Source: Balanoglossus misakiensis
Taxonomy: Eukaryota > Animalia > Hemichordata
Reading direction: 5' to 3'
DNA length: 64,000 nt
Assembly (NCBI GenBank): GCA_040954595.2
Contig: CM082580.2
Coordinates: forward strand, 9,216,390 to 9,280,389
Part shown: piece by piece, positions 57,598-64,000 of the stretch
Layout: each line of letters begins with the position of its first letter
How positions within the stretch are numbered: position 1 is the first letter of the stretch
Translations under genes and position numbers: made by a program
The notes under the pieces: model-generated
What the model was told of the DNA's origin: nothing
The model's database searches: none
The model's input: the letters and a program-made list of their open reading frames with translations, nothing else

Positions 57598-57870
57598 AGA
57601 CTCCTCCAAGCCATGGCCGCGTGGGTAGCTGTTGACTGTGCACTGGCAGTGTGCAGGTTGAGGAAAGGATTTGGTGCAATGTTGACGCAGGTCTCAGTAC
57701 TCCTTGCTCTGGCAACGGGGCAGGTCGAGGAAAGTCTGTTTCATCTTGACACTAATCTCAGTACTCCTTGTTCAGGGTTATACGTCGGTGTATCGGTTTT
57801 CAGTGAAGTTTTACTGTGAGATGCCCGGCACGGTAAAGAAACCCCAGAGCCGCTCGGCTTGGAGGAGTCT
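57598..57870 (+). ncRNA. Candidate structured ncRNA, copy 5 (273 nt)
   Basis: Perfect 15 bp closing stem AGACTCCTCCAAGCC / GGCTTGGAGGAGTCT; same core. Confidence 0.62.
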
Positions 57871-58753
57871 CCAAATTATGTGATATTTCCCGTCTACATG
57901 TATTTGAGAATGTTTTTGTTTTATTTTAAATCTCGTAGTATAGCCTATAGACTGAAAGATTCAGTCCTGTGCGGGCGCTCCGGATCGGCGTCTGAGACCC
58001 TTTCAAGTAAAAGGGACCCGTCATTGCCGGAGCGGCCGCACACCACAGAATGGTTATATTTAGCTTGTGATGCAAACGTGATGCATGTCGAAACTGGTAG
58101 TAGATTTATATTGAACTAAAAGTCACGTGACACCTGAGTGAAAAATGGATATTGTGTTTGCAGATATTTGGACTGAGTAAAGGAACACACTTCTACATTC
58201 CCTGTACAACATTGTCAGCATTCATCGCCAACGGAAAACATCATGGCCCAGTATTTTGGTGGGTAAGTACACATCACAGTATCTTATGGTTTTGTATGTA
58301 CGCCAACCAGATAAGCAATTTGAGCTCGCATGTCGCGACAGTGAGGTTTTATTGTAAATTACGTGAAAACAAAGTGATTTGCATTGGTTGTGTGGTGTGT
58401 CTGTGAATTCCTATTTTAATATCGACTCGTTAATGTGAAAAAAATGGACGGACATGCGCGTAATTCTACAATACACACGCGCGTGTGTGACCTTATACGT
58501 AATTACTGGTGAAACCACGATTGTCAAAGTGCACATCGGGAGTTGCGAGGATATGTTTCAGTTCATATCTTTAAAACAACTTCAGTTTTCTTCCGATTGA
58601 GATATGTGTTTCACAACGACAAAGTGTGAGTCAGCGCTCTCCGATAAGATTTCAGTAACAAAATGTCACGTGTCTTTATGCGTTAAAAAAGTGAACATAA
58701 ATATGGCTTCAAATAAGTTTGCGTTCACCGCCACTGGCACGTGACTCCAGTCG

Positions 58754-59437
58754 CTAAAGGTTGCTTTGACCTTTCAACTCTGTGGCCTTCCTGTCCGCCA
58801 TGTCCACGTCGTCAGAGGGCTCCTCTTCCCCGAGGATTTCCCAAAGTGACTTCTCCTTCCTGACCAGCGTTTTCTCCAGCTTCAAAAATCTCGGATCGTC
58901 CACACATTTTGTGCTGGCTTCCATGTCGTTCAACTTCCGTATGATCTCCCTCTCCCTGGCCGTCAGCTCGGGGTCGTTGCTGGGCAACCAGTTGATGCCG
59001 TGGATCTGGGTGTATCTGTCCTCGCCGTCCCCGTTGAGGTCGCCGTTCATGAAGTCCGACCCGTTTGTCATCATGAGCGACGTCTTTTCCAGCTCCTTCG
59101 CCAGGAAGCTGGCGCTCTTCTTGGGCTTGGCGATTGGCCGCCGCACCTTGACGTCCGGCTCGGTCTGTTTCATGACGAGTTCCGGCAGAAACGGGACGTG
59201 GGGGATTCCCATGTCTCTCAGCTCTTGCTCCTTGCAAGCCTGCTTGATGATGAACGTCTGTTTCTGCATCTCCAGGAGTCTCTGGCTCCGGCGCTGGTCC
59301 TTTTCGATCCTCCCCAGCGCCTTCGCCAGCACCAAGCTCTCCAGCTGATTGTCGTGCAGCAGAATTTTGGACACGTTGCTGGCGGGAAGAGGACCTGTGC
59401 GCTTCTTCTTCTTCGTCGTCACAACCGTCGTCGCCAT
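58754..59437 (-). CDS. Uncharacterised 227 aa coiled-coil protein, single coding exon with a 5' UTR intron
   Basis: GC3-rich ORF; Kozak-like ACC-ATG-G at 59437 (MATTVVTTKKKKRTGP); splice acceptor TCTCTGTTTTACAG ending at 59521; helical NQLESLVLAKALGRIEKDQRRSQRLLE segment and a C-terminal DDPRFLKLEKTL motif. Confidence 0.75.
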   Translation of the reverse strand: MATTVVTTKKKKRTGPLPASNVSKILLHDNQLESLVLAKALGRIEKDQRRSQRLLEMQKQTFIIKQACKEQELRDMGIPHVPFLPELVMKQTEPDVKVRRPIAKPKKSASFLAKELEKTSLMMTNGSDFMNGDLNGDGEDRYTQIHGINWLPSNDPELTAREREIIRKLNDMEASTKCVDDPRFLKLEKTLVRKEKSLWEILGEEEPSDDVDMADRKATELKGQSNL

Positions 59438-62400
59438 GGTGTCCGCCGCGAAAAATGTGTCTTTATTGAACTGTGATGGCGCCGTGTATAGTGAGATCAG
59501 ACGTCGCAAAACCCCGACACCTGTAAAACAGAGAAGTGGGAGAATGTATTTTATAAAGGTGTGTACATCGCTAGCCAATCTAATTACTTTAACTTGCTTC
59601 ACAGACTTTCGCAGTGTAGTGCAACGGATAAATTGATCTAACATTGATTACCCCCAAGAGAAGTATACCTCATTCATCATAATAAAATGATGTCACCTTG
59701 TCAGGTGAAGGATAATTTATGAGGAAAACATGAGAAAATGTAAGAAAAGCATAATCAAATTTCTACATTACAATATTGGATAGTGGACAATTTAAACTAT
59801 ATGAGTCAGCTGCATGCGTTTGTTAAAAGAATGCAGCGACTAGTGAACGTAAATTTCACTCGATAAAATGAGAACGGAGCTCCAATTTGCAATGTCAGCC
59901 TTCCCCCATCAGCATTCACAGACACGTTGCCTTAGGATTACATCCAACGCCATGAGGCTTACAATGGCGCTGTCATGGCAACGGGTCGTTGTGTACCATC
60001 TATTTCGTGTGAATGTAATTTGTAAATCTCACTGTCTCTCTTAGTGCACGCGTGGCATGAATTTGTAATACTTTAGTTCAGATTCGACCCACGATTGTTG
60101 AACCAGGTGAAAACCGTGAAGTCGTCGATATCACTAATTTACAGGCTTGAAAGCACGTCGCGCAGTCGTCGTGTTGCTGATACATATTATCAGAATTCTG
60201 GCTGCCTTAAATATGTTTATACTTTGTGCTAGGGGGTTAAATCACATGTTCAGTTTCAATTTTAAAGTTGAAGATTTCCATCACCCAAAAACCAGCGACC
60301 AAGCCCGAACCATGTTTTACCGAAGCAGTAAATATCGTGGCGTTACAACCCGAGGCCACTTCACATTTCACCTACATTAAACATGATGGCTGTCGTGACG
60401 GGAAATTAGACAAGCCCACTACAAATAAATTGCTAAATTAACAGCTTCGATCATGGTTCATTATGCTAATATCGACTTCATTAAACTTCGAAAAAAATAA
60501 ATATTTAAAGAGAAAACACTGAGCAATTTTTGCAACTGAGCACTTAAATTAAGTGGATTAATTCACCCCTATGTTCGCTCATAATAAGAAATTGCACGCA
60601 GTCAAATTAACCGTGTTCGTCATCGTGAAATGAACCTTGCGTTGACCCTGACAAACACAATATGTAAATTCTAAAGACGGCTGGCATTTTTTGAAAAGCC
60701 TAGAAATGTGTGAGCTTTTTGTAAATTACTTGATATCGATGGATCGATCGGAAAAGTTAGCTAATTGCGTTTAACCTGTTGTCATGATAATGACGTGAAG
60801 TACGGCGGGGACCATTCAATCATTCAACGTCACGGCGTTCTCAAATAAGCTCCGGAAAATGTAGAGCAAAGCGACGTTATAGTTTGGAGTTTCACAACAG
60901 AAAGTGGAATCAATACTAATTTACGATCTGTTTGTGTCGCTTGCCTTTTTTCAGATGTAGGCAGACCTAAGATCACGTGCGTGCAGAAATAGAAATATGC
61001 AGTCTGACGTGTGCATATCCCCTGACTGTCGTCGTCTTTTCAAACATTTATTTTTCTCTGTAATGTTTTAATTATTGTGATTTGTGATCTTATGTGACTA
61101 TTGAATTTTTAAAACTGATTGTAAGATTTTGTGAACAAAACCCATGGTAGGAAACACACGTAATTTTCGCAGATCCGTTCATTGGTGTGCTGTGCATGTT
61201 GCGTACATACATGTACACAAGTGTGTGTCTGAAATAGGTGACCAGAGAAACTGTCGAATACACTTGGTGTGATTGACTTTAATCGGGTATTGCTGTAGAC
61301 AGAGTATAGTTCTAGACTACCCCTTGATGCAAAAACACTTGCATCTTTAATTCATAAAATGGACACTACGCAACATTTTTTCACCCCATCTTTTAAAGGT
61401 TAATGCGCTGGCACATTGCACCAACCCGGCGGCAAACAGCCTTCCTTCAAAAGGCAACGACCAATTATTATCCGAGTCACTCTGATAATCTCAGTTATTG
61501 ATCCCCATTAATCTGATCGTTTTCTTTCATCACTAAGTCACAGTGACAGGAAACGATTAGAGCTATCAAGGTTTATATATTCTGATGCGACAAAGCATTT
61601 GACGAGAACGTCTCCAAATCGACGTAAATGTCCAAGCTGAATTTCCACAAATCAGACGTCTTTGTCGCACCGACGGCGCTTATTGGCAACTTCCTGCACC
61701 CTTCATGCGAAAAATAAGGAACCGCTCTGGCGGATTAATTTGCTCTTGTACTGAAGTGATGGGGAACAGCGGGATTCGCAGTCGCGGCCGCGCCGAGAAT
61801 GTTGATCTAAGAATATTATATTCTATAAACCCTTGCGTTTGAATCGCCTAAGCTTTTTTCGACAGACTGAGGCATCTAGATTTGCAGTTATGGAAGGATA
61901 ATACATGTACTACAAGATTGCATGCAGTGACGTGTTGAAAATGGTTTTCCATATGTTCCAGTGTACATCAATGTAATATGGTTTATGATAATTACGCCAA
62001 CTCTCCCAAAATGTCATGAATCGTCCAGCGTCACGTACACAGTCTGACAAAACGCCATTGCCTTTAAATTTCTGGAACTTCGCGATAATACAAGAAAACG
62101 CTATACAGTTTACATAATAAGTGAATACAATTATGATGGACGATGTCGCGTTTTGTTACCAAGGCACTTACATCTGTTTTGTTAATAATTTTCCCGGTGA
62201 CGTCTACAAATATGAAAACTCTAATTAACACCTGTTAACGCTATTGTAAACGCATTGTAATATGGATTGCGATGACAGGGTGGGTGGGGGAGGGTGGATT
62301 GATATGGGAAGACGAGAGACACAGACCTGTTCGAGATTCCCCGCTTCTCTGTACGTACGTTTACCGTGCCTCTTCGCTAGATGTGTGTATGCCACGTTGA

Positions 62401-63603
62401 TGAGTTGCGACGTTGAAAGGCGGCGGCGCTGGTATCGACGGCGTTATCGATGTGACATGTATACATGCGTGCGCCGAATTTTATCAACGTCTGATGTGAG
62501 CACACGACGAAAGGGCGATTAATTATCGCGGAGAAGACTCTCGCGCACCCGCTGATGTTGTTGTCATGTGAACATCGCGCGGAAGATACCATCTATGAGA
62601 GAGGTGTGTCAGGTATACCAGGTGGTAATGCTTTTAAATGCATTTTAGTTTATTTGTTTGATGTTCTCTCTCTCTCTCTCGAAAGATAAATGCCTACACA
62701 TGTTTGGGCGCCACATATATTTTTCCCAACTGGTTGACTAAAAAAAAATAATCAACTAACCGTCCATCCATCATTTGACAGGTAAATGTTACCAATGGAA
62801 TTTTTTTCCATACAGCAAACGATAGTTTATCATACTTGTACAGTGTATCCGGAAATACACAGGGGATTATAATGAAGTTGATTAAAACATTTCCTTATGT
62901 CCCCTTTTGATTGATCTGCATGGCTATTTAATGTCGTGTAATTCACTAGATGGGAGGTGAAGGTCATTCAGAGAGGTCATTCTATGCCGAATCATTTCGG
63001 CTTGTTAATTCGCAGCGCAAGTATTGTCATCGCTGAATTTGAAGGTCGCAGTAAAAACTACAAGGCCTTTAATACAACATAGAGTAGAAAAGGGACTCTA
63101 TTCAGGAAACGTTTGCGGTTACAAATGCAGTTTGTGTTTGCCTCATTATTATTTCGGTTGTGATCCGGAGCTAAGTGCCGCATACTAGTATCTTTGACGT
63201 CATTGTGACAATCTCGTAGCTTTCTATCACATGAAATCTGTGTTTCATTGAATTTCCCCCCGTCTGTTTGGTTTGCGCCAGTCACGTATTTGTTAGCTAT
63301 ACCACTTTAGACTGTAAATTGTGTTGCTCTGTCGCAAAGTGGTCACGACAGGTTCATCGAATTTGTAGAAGTGACGAGTGGTTCATCGATTTTTTTAGAA
63401 AGCTTGAAAAAAGTTAATTTTGCTCTTCAGGCGCTAAAAACATTTTATCGTCACTTACTGACATGCTCACAGAAATAATGCGTATACTGCTCAGAAGCCC
63501 GAAGCATTTATAATTATGATATTGAAGTTGATAAAATTTTACGCGGTTACATGATATTACACTCAGCAGGCGGTCGTTGACATGCATTTTACTATCATTT
63601 TTC

Positions 63604-63617
63604 GTTGCCTTAGCAAC
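63604..63617. promoter_or_regulatory. RFX X-box consensus site
   Basis: GTTGCCTTAGCAAC, a near-palindromic match to GTNRCC(N0-3)RGYAAC, in locally CpG-rich sequence. Confidence 0.5.
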
Positions 63618-64000
63618 AGCTGGCTGAGAACATCGATACCGCGTGGTGCCTGTGCAATTATCGGAATTCTGTCGGCGTGCTTGAATTGAAACCTTTCATC
63701 CTTTCGGCAAAGATGCTCTTTTACTATAGGGAAGAACAGTCAATGTTTGTCTAGACGTTGAATAGAATTGAATGAGAGGAGTCTATACGTAAAATCCAAC
63801 CCAGTCATTTTAAGACGCGTGTTCGCAAACAAGTGGCATGTCAGGTTGAGCAGCTGCGACCTTTGACCCTGGTAAATGGTATAGCTGGAAAATTACAGGG
63901 TACTTCGCCTGATTCGATCAAAACGGCACGTGAAGACATCAAAGTTAAGTCCTTGTGCCAAATAAGTATACATGTACAAAAACGGTTTGATAGTTAGAGT

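Noticed and set aside
54084-57870. Repeated short ORFs over the five elements (e.g. VKFYCDMPGTVK, MAAWVAVDCAL)
   Set aside because: No frame, start or stop is shared by all copies, and substitutions preserve base pairing rather than codons.
54177-57870. Elements interpreted as MITEs or a CRISPR-like array
   Set aside because: Terminal inverted sequences differ between copies while the interior is conserved (the opposite of MITEs), no target-site duplications were seen, spacing is 0.6-1 kb, and there are no cas genes.
58782-59636. Overlapping plus-strand ORFs of 188, 158 and 95 aa, and the 296 aa extension of the minus ORF
   Set aside because: Antisense shadows of a GC3-rich CDS; the extension runs through a splice acceptor at 59521.

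Overview
Intron-rich animal genomic DNA, probably an invertebrate deuterostome such as a hemichordate (inferred from gene content, not proven). From left to right: a 9-exon LanC-like gene (minus strand) head-to-head with two tandem TMEM106 paralogues; then a ~33 kb gene of ~67 coding exons encoding a ~2,900 aa secreted mosaic protein (LRR array, FN3-like, PA14/fibro-slime, cadherin, discoidin, Cys-rich, EGF, TSP type-3, TSP C-terminal, LamG) whose architecture fits the mega-thrombospondin class. Its introns hold a 2.46 kb GT/GGGT repeat, a MITE and a nested antisense TRIM-NHL gene with an intronless CDS. Downstream (54.1-57.9 kb) is a cluster of five 213-279 nt non-coding elements with compensatory base-pair changes, a conserved core and variable or duplicated internal hairpins; this is the best candidate for an undescribed structured RNA family. 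An uncharacterised coiled-coil gene with RFX X-box-like sites follows. Exon boundaries were read by eye and may be off by a few bases; no database search or folding program was run.
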